Numbered from the stretch's first letter, positions 36,351 through 48,135 are shown. The stretch: 64,000 nucleotides of DNA from Gracilinanus agilis (GCF_016433145.1 NC_058133.1:191222385-191286384); one strand, 5' to 3'. The notes: generated by a model from the letters alone, not told the origin. Made by a program: numbers and translations.

Positions 36351-38132
36351 GCTTACAGGTAAACTATTCTATGCTCCTCTAAATTGCTTATGGTTTTAGC
36401 TTTTATTTCTAAATCATGCATCCATTTTGACTTCATCATGGCACCTGCTACATCATGGTGGTCTATTCCAAGTTTCTGTTATATTGTTTTCCAGTTTTCC
36501 TAATACTTATTGTCAAATGGTGAGTTGTCCCAAAAACACTACGTAATTGTGATAATTCACTACTGTATGTTGTATAACTAATCTATTCCATTGATCCACT
36601 ATTCTATTTTTTACCCAGTATTAGATTGTTCTGATGATTATTGCTTTATAATACAACTTGAGAACAGGTACAGCTAAGCTTCCTTCCTTCATATTTTTTC
36701 ATTTATTCCCTTGGTATCCTTGACCTTTTGTTTTTCCAGATGAATTTTGTTTTTTTTAATTATTTTTTTCTGATTTTTAAAAATTTATTTGGAGCACTAT
36801 GAAATAATCTTTTGGTGTTTTGATTGCTATGGCCTTGAGTAGGTAAAATAATTTAGGCAGAATTTTTCATTTTTATTATATTGGTTCTGCCTACTCAAAA
36901 ATAATATTTTTCCAATTGTTTACATCTGACTATTAAAAAAAAGTGTTTTGCAGTTGAGTTGTGTACATATAATTTCCTGGGTTTGTGTTGGCAGATAGAT
37001 GCCTATGTATTTTATATTGCCTACAGTTATTTTAAATGGAATTTCTCTTCTTATCTCTTGCTGTAAGACTTTATTAGTAGTATATAGAAATGCTGATGGT
37101 TGAAGTGGATTTGTTTTATATATTGCAACTTTGCTGAAGTTGTTAATTATTTTGATAATTTTTGAGTTCATTCTCTAAGTATATCATCATTTCATCTGCA
37201 AAGAGTGATAATTATGTTTCCTTGTTGCCTATTCTAATTCCCTCAATTTCCTTTTCTTTTCTTATTGCTATAGCACATTATTGGATAGTAGAGGTGACAA
37301 TAGGCATCTTTGTTTCACCCCTGTTTTTATTGAGAAGGATTCTAGCATGTCCCCATTATAGCTGATGGTTGCTGATGTTTTGAGATAGATGCTATTTTTC
37401 ATTTTAAGAAAAACTTCATTTATTGCAATATTTTTAAAAGAATATTTTATACTGTCAATAGATTTTTTGCATCTATTGAGACAATCATGATTTTCTTTGG
37501 TTTTGTTGTTGATATGATCAATTATGCTGACAGTTTTCCTAATATTGAACCATCCCAGCATGCCTGATATAAAACCTGCTTGGTCTTAGTATATGATCTT
37601 TTTGATATATTGCTATAATCTCCTTGCTAGGATTTTATTCATTGGTTTTGCATCAATATTCATTAAGTAGATTGGTCTATAGTTTTCCTTCTGTTTTTGT
37701 TCTTCCTTCTTTAGGTGTCAGAACCATACTTGTATTATTAAAGAAATTTGGTAAAATTATTTATTCACCTATTTCCCCAAATAGTTTATTTAGTTTTAGA
37801 ATTATTTATTCTTTAAATGTTTCACCGAATTCACTTGTGAATCTATTTTGCCCTGGGGATTTTTTCTTGGGAATTCAGTAATGGTTTGTTCAATTTCTTT
37901 TTCTGAGATAGGGTTTTAAAAGTATTCTATTTCATCTTTTGTTAATCTGGACAACTTATTTCTTTTTACACATCCATGTATTTAATTTAGATTGTTAGAC
38001 TTACTGGCATATAATTTGACAAAATTACTCATAGTAATTGTATTAATTTTCTCTTTATTGGTTATGAACTTGCCTTTTTCATATTTTATACTTGTTATTT
38101 TGTTTTCCACTTTTTAAAAATCAGATTAACCA

Positions 38133-38220
38133 GGGACAGCTGGGTAGCTCAGTGGATTGAGAGCCAGGTCTAGAGATGGGAGGTCCTATGTTCAAATCTG
38201 ATCTCAAACACTTCCTAGCT
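38133..38220 (+). mobile_element. 5' half of a SINE1/2_Mdo-like SINE, cut off by LTR sequence
   Basis: gggacagctgggtagctcagtggattgagagcc...ttcctagct; the 3' half is absent. Confidence 0.9.
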
Positions 38221-38222
38221 AT

Positions 38223-39160
38223 TGTAATGATCACTGAGGAAATCAGTAGAGATGATATACTGACTCAGAGGAAATGAAACAAAAAGCCCCAGATGTTAAA
38301 AGAGCTTTAAGCCTCTCGTTGGTGTCAACAGGAAGTGTGTGTATATAATTCAGTCTTCCTTCCAAATTCCCTCAACCAATCATAGTATGTTCCTCAGGAA
38401 ACTAGTTTCTGGTCACTCAACACTCAATCAATTGATGATAAATAAATTGGGATTATAAAAATTACTGATAAAAATTAACTATCTCATCTGACTGTGAATG
38501 ATATGATTGGTAATTGATCACAGCTTCTGAGGAAGAAGCTGGATACCTCTCTGTCCTTCAGACTTCCCTGAACTCTCTTGAGGCTGCCTTTTTCAATTTT
38601 GTTGTCAAGTCAACCCACAAAATGTCAGTAGATGATTTAAGTTTGTAACAAGGAATTTACTTAAAATTGTTTGAATAATCAGGGAAGCTGAGGGAAGGGA
38701 AGAGGGTATAGGAAACACTAAATAAAATTTAATCCTAGCACAAGATATTAAGTCCAACTGTTTCAGAATGTTGGGCCAGGATGGGACAGGTCTCACAGGC
38801 CTACTGGAGTTGGCACTGCTTGCCTATAGATGGATCAGGTTGCAGTTTGATTGATGTGAAATTGGTTGGTTAAAATCTTCTGTATATAATTTGAAGGTAA
38901 CAATAGTTTGATGGTAGATGTCTGTTGACTCTAAGACTAAGAAGTAATATTGTAATCTATGTATGCTGGTTGATCCCTAGCCTACTCATTAAGTTGAGGA
39001 GAGAAAGGATTCGTCTACCCTTCCTGAAACCCAGCTCAAGATTGAGTCCCCGAGACTTGGGCTCTCTCTCTCTCTTATATAGGGCAAATCCCCACCAAAG
39101 ATAGGTCTCATGCCCTGGCATGGCATCAGGAATCTCCCAAGGTTCCAAGCTTCAACTGGC
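38223..39160. mobile_element. Composite LTR-derived sequence (probably two LTR pieces in opposite orientation)
   Basis: tgtaatg start, CCAAT and ATTATAAAA on +; reverse-strand CCCTATATAAG at about 39075; no clear terminal CA or TSD. Confidence 0.55.
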
Positions 39161-39399
39161 AGCCTTTTTTATTTTCAATTTTATTAATCTCTCCTTGGAA
39201 CTCAAAAGGATTTCCAATTTGCCATTTAGTTGGGAATTTATAATTTGTTCTTTTCCTAGGTTTTTTAAAGTTACATGTCCAATTCCTTGATCTGCTCTTT
39301 CTCTATTTTATTCATGTAAGCAATTAGAGATACAAAGGATCCTCTAGATACTGTTTTGGCTGCATTCCATAAATTTTGGTATATTGTCTCTTTATTTTC

Positions 39400-39415
39400 T
39401 TTTTGTTTTGTTTTG

Positions 39416-39450
<35 letters not shown>

Positions 39451-39621
39451 CCTTAACTTCTGTGTATTGGCTCCTAGTTGGAAGAGTGGTAAGGGTGGGC
39501 AATGGGGGTCAAGTGACTTGCCCTGGGTCACACAATTGGGAAGTGTCTGAGGCCGGATTTGAACCTAGGACCTCCCGTTTTTAGGCCTGACTCTCAATCT
39601 AGTGAGCTACCCAGCTACCCC
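39400..39621 (-). mobile_element. SINE2_Mdo-like SINE with (CAAAA)n tail
   Basis: Perfect 18-bp TSD TATTGTCTCTTTATTTTC (39382-39399, 39622-39639); shorter 3' body than the other SINEs. Confidence 0.95.
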
Positions 39622-40972
39622 TATTGTCTCTTTATTTTCATTCTCTTTAGTGAAATTGTTGATTGTTTCTATTTATTCTTTGATTCACTCATTCTTTAGG
39701 ATAAGATTGTTTAGTTTCCAATTAATTTTTAGTCCTCCTTTGTGCTGCCCTTTGTTGGATGCAATTTTTATTGCATTATGATTTGAAAAGGATGCAATAA
39801 ATATTTCTGTTTTCTACATTTGGTTTTGAGGCTTTTATGTCCTATTACTTAATCAGTTTTTGTGAAGGTGTCATGTATTGCTGAGAAAAAAGTATATTCC
39901 TTTCTATTCTGATTCAATTTTCTTAAGAGTCCTCTCATAACTAACTTTTCTCAAATTTTATTCACATCCTTAACTTTTGTCTTATTTATTTTTTGGTTGG
40001 AATCATCTACTTAGAAGAGGAAAGTTGAGGTCTCCACTACTATAGTTTTACTCTCTTATTTTTAGCTGTAATTTATGTAGCTTCTCCTTTAGGAATATAT
40101 TGGTACATATATATTTAGTGTTGATATTGCTTCATTGCCTATGGTTCCTTTTATCAAGATGTAATTTCTCTCTTTATCTCTTTTATTGGATCAAATTTAA
40201 TTTTTTTGCTTCATCCTAGATGATGATAACTATTCCTACTTTTTAAACTTCATCTGAAACATAATATATTATGCTCTAGCCCCTTACCTTTACCCTTTGT
40301 GTGTCTCCCTGCTTTAAATGTGTTTCTTGTATACAACATCTTGTGAAATTCTAGTTTTTAATTCACTCTGCTGTCCTACTCCATTTTTTTGGATGACTTC
40401 ATCCTGTTCATATTCTTAGTTCTGATTACTGTGTGTTTCCATCCATCTTATTTTCCATTTTCCTTTCTACCTCTCTCCTATAATCCTTTCCCAGTTCATA
40501 GATGTTTTGCTTCTGAGCACTGCCTCCTCCAATTTACCTTCCCTTTTGTCCACACTCTCTTCTATTATTTGACCTCCCCTATTACTTCAAGGTAGGACAA
40601 GATATCTCTCTATAGCCAACTTAGTGTGGATATTATTCTTGTTTTGAGCTAATTCCAAAGAGAGTAAGACTCAAACATTGCCTGCCAGCCCTTAACTCCC
40701 CATCCACTATATTAACTTATGTACCTCCTCATGTGAGATAATTTAACCCACCCCTCTATCCCTTTTCTCCTTTCCCAGTGTGTTCCTCTTTCTTATCCCC
40801 CACTTTTTTTTTATAACATCCCATCATATTCAACTTATTCCATGTACTCTGGTAGAATTCTCACTACCTTAATACTAATAAAGTTTCTAAGTATCCTAAG
40901 TGTCTTAAGAGCCTTAAGTGTCTTAAGTATCATAGATATCCTTAGTATCTTCATTATCACCTTCCCTTAGAG

Positions 40973-41197
40973 CAGAGGTTGGCAACCTTTTTGGCTGTGA
41001 GAACCATAAATGCCACATTTTTTAAAATGCAATTTCGTGAGAGCCATACAGTGCTCACAGTGCGTGCTCCTGTAACAGTGCACGCTCCTGTAATGGCGCC
41101 TGAAAAAAAATTGACTTTATGGCTCCTGCAGAAAGAGCCATATCTGGCCCTCAAAAGAGCCAAATATGGCTCAAGAGCCATACATTGCTGACCCCTG
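40973..41197. mobile_element. hAT MITE (family 3)
   Basis: TIRs CAGAGGTTGGCAAC...ATTGCTGACCCCTG; perfect 8-bp TSD CCTTAGAG. Confidence 0.92.
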
Positions 41198-41944
41198 CCT
41201 TAGAGAAATGTAAACAGTGTTACCTTATTGAATCTCTTAACTTTTCTCTTTTTTGCTTTCCTTTTTATGCTTCTCCTGAGTGTTGTAAATATATTTATCA
41301 AATTTTCTCTTCAGCTTTGGTTTTTTCATTAGGAATACTTAAAAGTCCTCTATTTTATTAAATATCCATTTTTTCCACTGGAGAATTACATTCAAATTCA
41401 TTGGGTAGGTGATTCTTGCTTATAATCCTATATCAATTGCCCTCCAGAATATCATATTCTAAGCTCTCTTGTACTTTCATGTAGAAGCTGCTAGGTCCTG
41501 TGTAAATCTGACTGTAGCTCCATAGCATTTACATTGTTTTCTATTTTCTGATTGAAGTATTTTCTCCCTGGATTGGGAGTTTAAGAATTTGGCTACAGTA
41601 TAGCCCTGGGAATTTTTATTTGGGGATCTGCTTTAGGAAGTGACCAGTGGGTTCTTCCAATTTCTATTTCCTTCTCTTGTTTAAGATTATCAGAACAGTT
41701 TTCCCTTATCATTTCTTATAATATAGCATCCAGGCTCCATTTTTGCTTATGGCTTTGAGGTAGTCCAGTGATTTTAAAATTATCTCTCTTGGATCTGTTT
41801 TCCAAGTCAATTATTTTTCCAATGAGATATTTCACATTTTCTCCTAATTTTTCTTCTTTAGAGTTTGTTTTTTGTTTGTTTACTGATGTCTTACATAGTC
41901 ATTAGCTTCAAACTGCCAAATTCTAATTGTTAGGAATTAATTGA

Positions 41945-42720
41945 ATAGATTTGGCATTTGACACAGTAGTAAATGATTATAGTAACCTAGTATCTTAGCA
42001 TACGTAAAGATCCGAGATTTAAAAAGAACCCCCAATTTGACAAGAACTGCAAAGAAAACTGAAAATTGGTATAGTAGAAACTAAAGTATAGACACACATC
42101 TCATGCTATATACTAAGATAAAGTCAAAATGACACACAATTTAGAAACAAAAGGTGATACCAAAAACAAATTGTGAGCACACAAAATAGTTTGTTTGTCA
42201 GATCTGTGGATAAAGGAAAAATTTATGACCAAACGATATGTAGAGAACATTAAGAGACATAAAATAGATAATTTTGATTTCATTAAGTTAAAAAAGTTTT
42301 GCACAAACAAAATCAATTCAACTAGGATAAGAAATGAAACAAAAAACTGGCAAAGTATTTGAATGCTAAGTATCCATGTGAAGTCTTGGTTTCTCAAATA
42401 TATAGAGAAACAAGTCAAATTTATGAGAATACTAATTATTCTATCAAAAAATAGTCAAAGGATATGAACAGACAGTTCTCAGAAGAAGAAATTAAAACTA
42501 TCTATAGTCATATATAAAAAATGCTCAAAATCATTATTGATTGGAGAAATGCAAATTGAAACAACTCTGAGGTACTACTTCATATATATCAGCCTGAATA
42601 ATGACAAAAAAAGGAAAATAATACATTTTGGAGGGAATGTGGGAAAATTGAGACACTAGTATGCTATTGGTAGTACTTTGAACTGGTTCAATTATTCTGG
42701 AGACCAATTTGAAACTATGC
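41945..42720 (+). mobile_element. Old L1 ORF2 fragment
   Basis: gagaaatgcaaattgaaacaactctgaggtactac etc. Confidence 0.8.
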
Positions 42721-42769
42721 CTAAATTTCCATAAAGTTGTATTTACCCATTTCTTTTTTTCTCATACTT

Positions 42770-43900
42770 TTTACACTTTCTTCATTCTAGCTTATGACCT
42801 CATTGAGTCAAAATTATTCTCTCTAAAATTACCAATTACCTCTAAATTCACAATTCTTGTGATCTTTTATCAATCCGTGTCCTTTGTGACATTTTTTGTA
42901 CTCTTTGACACTTTTAGTAATTGTCTTCTCATTGATAATCACTTCCTTCTGGGTTTTCCTAGCACTATTCTCTGTTCCCTTACTCCTGTCAGACAGCTAA
43001 TTTTTGGCATCCTTGTATGTATATTCATCTAGGTCATACCTGCTAATGGTTGATATCCTCTAAAGATACATTTTGGGCATTCTTCTAAAAATTTTCTCTA
43101 TTATTTTTCTTGTTGATTTCATCAACTCCCATGGATTCAGTTATTAGCTCTATGTTGATGATTCTTAGTTTTGTTTCACTATCCATATTACATTATCTGA
43201 ACTACAGTCTCCCACATCTAATTCTATTGGATATCTTGAACTCAATGAATGTCTGGTAGAAATCTTAAACTCAATTTTTCACAGACTAAAGATTTTACCT
43301 TTCCTCGGTGAATTTTTGCTGGCTGCAACCAGTGTCTTTAAGTCATTGCCTTCTCTCAGATATTACCTCCAATTTATCCTGTATATGTCTTGTTTAGAAA
43401 TAGTAGTAAATCATTTCCTTCATTAGAATGCGAGATCCTTAAGGGAAAGAACTGTTTTTTGCTTCACTTTTTTTGTTATCCTCTGTGCCTAGCACAGTGA
43501 CTAAAACATGGTGTTTAGTAAATGCTTATCACCTTCATTTGTTGACCTCTGCACATTGATAAGTATTAAGAGAGAGCAGGAAAAGATGCCCAAAGGGTAT
43601 AAATATATGCATAAACTTTTTACTTAACAATATTGCTACTAGATCCAAAAAGATTCAAGAAAAATAAGGAGACCCATATTTAGAAAAATAATGAGAGCAA
43701 TTCATTTTGTGGTGGCAATGAATTAGAAATGAGAGGATGTCCATTAATTGGGTAATGGTTGGTTAAGTTGTGGTATATAATTGTGATTGAATAACAATGT
43801 ATTGAAAGAAAAGAAGAAGAGAATGGTTGCAGAAAAATCTGGGAAGATTTATATGAACTTATACAAAGTGAAGTGAACAATAGACAGAGTAATAGAAATA
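42770..43900 (+). mobile_element. L2 remnant plus old L1 fragment (cassette paralog of 22500-24075)
   Basis: ctatgttgatgattc; ggtgaatttttgctggctg; ttgttgacctctgc; same order as next to gene 2. Confidence 0.7.
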
Positions 43901-44035
43901 TTACTTTTCTGGTTTAATTCTCCCATCTCAAAGAAATTTGAGAACATATCCTGTATGTGCCTGGAAATGACTTCATATGTGGAACTGTTTCATGGTATCA
44001 GAAAAACACACTCACTGTTCTGTAAAAGTAATATT

Positions 44036-44041
44036 TTTATT
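44036..44041 (-). terminator. Poly(A) signal of gene 4
   Basis: AATAAA in the conserved context; GU-rich element at 43997-44015. Confidence 0.8.
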
Positions 44042-44465
44042 AGGAAACATAAGCAATAACAAATGACATCGTTATGATTTCTGTAAATCTAGAACAAACA
44101 TTTTCTGCTTCCTTGACCTTCTTGCATTGTGTCTAATTTATGAAAAATGCTGGGAAGAAATATTTTTATTCTGATCTTCCATGATAGCACTTTGCTATAG
44201 TTTTTGAATGGTAACTAGAGGTGATAGAGCTGGTGGAACTAGTTCCCTTTTTAATCACCACATTCAAAACTGATAATCCATAATTGGAAGAGGGAGGGTA
44301 ATGTAAGCAGATTCTTCTTATCCAGAAAATGGAATTAGTTTTTCATCTCAGAGTAGATTGGTGTCAAGATGTTCTTCCTCTGAGCGTATCTCATAGACAG
44401 ACAGATATCTGTGTGTTCCTTATAAAAGCCACAACTGATGGCAAAATTGCTGGAGGGCTGGGTGT

Positions 44466-45014
44466 TCAGCAACAGGAGGAGCCACAGCAGGCTGGGCGGC
44501 AACAGGTGGTTCTACAGCAGGTGGTCTGACAGCAAGTAGGTCTGCAGCAGGGCTGGCAGCAACTGGGCAGACAGCAGCTGGGACGGCAGCAAGGCCGGCA
44601 GCAGCTGGACACACAGCAACTAGGGCGGCAGCAAGTTGGGCGGCAACAAGTGGTCTGGCAGCAAGAAGGGCGGCAGCAAGTAGGTTGGCAGCAAACAGAC
44701 TGGCAGCAGCTTGGTCTACAGCAGCTGGACACACAGCAGCTGGGGCGGCAGCAGGTGGTTCTGCAGCAAGTGGTCTGGCAACAGACTGGCCGGCAACAGG
44801 TGGGGCGGCAGCAGGGCTGGCAGCAGCTGGACACACAGCAAGTTGGGCGGCAGCAAGTTGGGCGGCAGCAAGTGGTCTGGCAGCAGCTTGGTTGGCAGCA
44901 CACAGACTGGCAGCAGCTGGGTCTGCAGCAGCTGGGAGCACAGCAGGTCTCTTGACAGGGGTCCTGGCCACAGCTCAGGTCAGAGCAGACTGAACCACAA
45001 CAGGAGTTGACCAT
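44466..45014 (-). CDS. KRTAP4: KRTAP4-family protein, 182 aa (gene 4, subtype B)
   Basis: Differs from gene 2 at 4 residues (L19P, F103C, V149L, S150P). Symbol is family-level only. Confidence 0.95.
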   Translation of the reverse strand: MVNSCCGSVCSDLSCGQDPCQETCCAPSCCRPSCCQSVCCQPSCCQTTCCRPTCCRPTCCVSSCCQPCCRPTCCRPVCCQTTCCRTTCCRPSCCVSSCCRPSCCQSVCCQPTCCRPSCCQTTCCRPTCCRPSCCVSSCCRPCCRPSCCLPSCCQPCCRPTCCQTTCCRTTCCRPACCGSSCC

Positions 45015-45101
45015 GGTGTCAGTGGAAGGATCTTGTAGGTTTGTTTCAAGGGGAGTGATAGTGATTTACTGGAGTATGAAAAACTTCTTGCCCAGCAGCC
45101 T

Positions 45102-45162
45102 CTTATATACCCCTGATGAACAATTACTGTCAGTAGTTGTAGATTATTTCCTTGTTATTGTT
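45102..45162 (-). promoter_or_regulatory. Core promoter of gene 4: TATATAAG plus AACAATAACAAGGAAATA
   Basis: cttatata at 45102-45109; motif at 45145-45162. Confidence 0.8.
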
Positions 45163-45349
45163 GATCATAATGGGAAAGAAAGCAACAGATTAAATAATTG
45201 ATTTTGCTCACCAAAGAAAGTCTTTTTTTCCTTTATCTTTTGGAATTCATCATCATCTCATTAATTTTCTTTCCTCCTTCTACAATCACCATTTATGTTT
45301 TCATCTTAAATACTTTGCAAATTTCTCTCTTTGTTTTAACTTCTGGTTA

Positions 45350-45625
45350 GTCATGTGACAGCCTGACCTTGATGTTTGAGTATATTTCACCTTTCTGTTT
45401 TCTGTGCATCATTCTCTGAGTCAGGGGGGACTTCATTCCCAAGTGATGAGGATACTTTGAAGTCAGGAGTGGGAAATTTTGTCATATAGGCTACATGGAA
45501 CTTTTGAATAAATTACATTGCAGAGGTTATAGTGCCATCCAAAATATAGAATAAAAACTTGTTACCCTGTATGAATATTGAGAAAGTCTGCTTTCTTCCT
45601 AGAAGCCATAGCTAAAGATGAGTCA
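45350..45625. promoter_or_regulatory. Motif cluster upstream of gene 4: GTCATGTGAC, TGAGTCA x2, CTTTGAAG
   Basis: 45350-45359; 45417-45423; 45455-45462; 45619-45625. Motif matches only. Confidence 0.45.
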
Positions 45626-46069
45626 AATGCCCCCTTAGATTTGACAGTTCTGGTAATCAGTATCCACTTCTGGTCACTCATAGGAGAGAAATTATATCAA
45701 GAAAAGGAGTAGAGAAAGCATTGCTAGGCAGAATGGAATCCTAGCAAGGTATATCATAATCCAGGTGTCATTTTTTTTAATGACTGATGCTAGAGACTTT
45801 TGAAGATAAAAGTAGAATTGAGAAGTTAACATTTAGTTAAGGATATGGTATCTGAGACTGGAACTAGGATTTTTTGACAACAAATTAAATCCATCCTCTT
45901 GTCCTACTCTAATGCCTCATCATGATATGCAAGTGTTGCTGGGTACTCAGACTATGTCAATTAAGCATAAATCTTAGTAGGTTCTGCCATATTTTAATGG
46001 CCTTGAAGGCCATACCTGAATTTTTTCCCCCTATGGCCAAAGGAGGTATGTAGGAAAAAGCTCAGCACT

Positions 46070-46099
46070 AGTAGGTCACCCATTTAGTGATGGATTTTT
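46070..46099. promoter_or_regulatory. 30-bp paralog-conserved distal element (gene 4 copy)
   Basis: Identical to 26410-26439. Confidence 0.55.
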
Positions 46100-46480
46100 T
46101 AGTCCAAGACAACCATTACCTTCTTTCTATAAATTACACAGAAAGAAGTAATTTTAGTCAAATGGAATGATATTCCTAGTTTTTCCTTAAGAAAACTATA
46201 AAAGGAGTAAATAGTTGTTTTGTGTTTTATTGTCCTATCAAAGAAATTAACAACCATCATTTTATGGGATATTTTTTCATTGTATATTACAGTATTGATG
46301 AAAAGAAATTGCAAATAGAATATCAGGAAAATAATTGAAGCTTATCCAGTGCTGGAATTCTATAAAAACCTTGATAAGGCCTTCCATATTAAATTGAGTT
46401 GGCAAATTAATTGATAACCTAGTGAATTTTGAACTACTTACAAATCCAGGTCATTGGAATAGGCCTTTAAGGGTTAATTT

Positions 46481-47600
46481 TGTAAGACTAAAATTGTGAT
46501 GCTGGTATAATTTTATTATTTATTTAATCTGAAATGAGTAGGGGAGAAGGTTGAAAGAGAGAGAAAGTGGAGGTAGATTATTTACCTAAATGTAACATTT
46601 AGCTTGCTGTTCTGTAGCAGCCATGTGGGCTTCCCAGTTCACCTCAACATCGCCCCAGAGAGTGAAATGGAGTCTTGCCTCAGTTTATCAAAGTTTCTCT
46701 CTGCCCACTGGCTCTCACAGGTCACTCCTAGTGAGCTATCTCCTTTTTCCTTTGCCTGGTGTGAGTGTGAAACCCCCTCCCCGCTTTTATGATTATAATT
46801 GTATTAGCCTTTATGATTATTTTTATTACACAATCATTAGGCTTTGAATTAATAGTCAGAGAATGTAGTTTACTAAGAAAATATATAGGTTGGGATGATA
46901 TCAAATCTTACTGACAGGCACTTTGACCTTAAATAACCCAAAAGTTTCTACCAAGCTCACCACACCCTGCTGCATGTAAACATAAGACAGTCAGTAAGGA
47001 GGCAGAGGGCTGCTTTGGAGTGCAAGCTCAAAACACTGCTTTGGGGTGTAAGCTCAAGACAGTCAGAAGGGAGGTAGAAGGCTGCTCTTAGGTGCAAATA
47101 TACTAGTATTTCATAATAATTGTCAGCAGAAAACAATTACATCCCAATCCCTTATTGCAGAGGCCTTAGAAAGGTTAACCATAATATCAGACATGAGCTA
47201 CCTACCTACCACTCACAGTGATTTATTTTTGTACTTTCCAGCTTATTTAGCATTTGTGTCATTCATTAGGACCTGCCTATGTGAAAGATTTATACTTCTA
47301 TTCTATTTTAATTTTGACTATTACTTTGTCACTTTGTCATAAGATTTCTTTGCATAAAAAGGCTATCTCCTAAGACTCAGGGTCTCTGCTTTTGATCTTG
47401 ACCAGTCTGGCTTTATTGTGAGATTGGTCTCCTCTCAATAAGCGTAACATTTAGTTTAGAGACTGAATTGGTGTGATGAATTTTCACCACACTGGGCCAC
47501 CCAGGGGATAGTCCAGGACTGCCTGCTGCCTCAATATCCCTTACCTCAATTGCTGACTTTTCCTACTGACTACAGGATAGAACAATCTTTTAGTATTCCA
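46481..47600. mobile_element. LTR/ERV-derived composite
   Basis: tgtaagac start; interleaved internal repeats at 46984-47098; LTR-like end aattttcaccaca at about 47491 followed by c-TGG. Confidence 0.5.
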
Positions 47601-47654
47601 ATTGACTTTCTTTTCTACTTCCCTTGCAAAGTAAGTTGTTTGCTTTTAAAATGG

Positions 47655-48135
47655 CTACGTTTGAACTGGAAAGACCTCCAGAAATTGATGCAGAGTGAAA
47701 TGAGCAGAACCAGGAGAACATTGGACATAGAAAATGAAACATTGTGGCACAATCGAATGAAACAGACTTTCCTACCAATAGCAATGCAATGATCCAGGAC
47801 AACATTGAGGAACTCATGAGAAAGAATGCTATCCACATCCAGAGAAAGAACTGTGGGAGTAGAAAAGCAGAAGAAAAACATATGATCAGTCACATGGTTC
47901 GATGGGGATATTTATGATTGGGGTTTTGGTGTTAAAATCATTCTATTACAAATATGAACAATATGGAAATGGGTTTTGAACAATGATACATGTATAATGC
48001 AATGGAATTGCTTGTCAGCTCAGAGAAGAGGGAGGGAAAAGGGGTGTGAAAAATCATGAATCATGTAACCTGGGGAGAAAATCTAAATAAAAAAATAAAC
48101 CTCAAAAGTTAAAGATAAATAAATAAATAAATGAA
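47655..48135 (+). mobile_element. 5'-truncated L1 3' end
   Basis: ttgaactggaaagacctccag...aataaataaataaa; degenerate TSD aaatggctacgttt/aaattgctacattt. Confidence 0.9.

Larger units (their letters stand above)
34525..41935 (-). mobile_element. Long old L1 (3' UTR through ORF2 into ORF1) interrupted by LTRs, SINEs and a MITE
   Basis: Degenerate ORF2 pieces (36920-37171, 37268-37561) colinear across the insertions; ORF1-like sequence at about 41300-41930. Confidence 0.85.
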
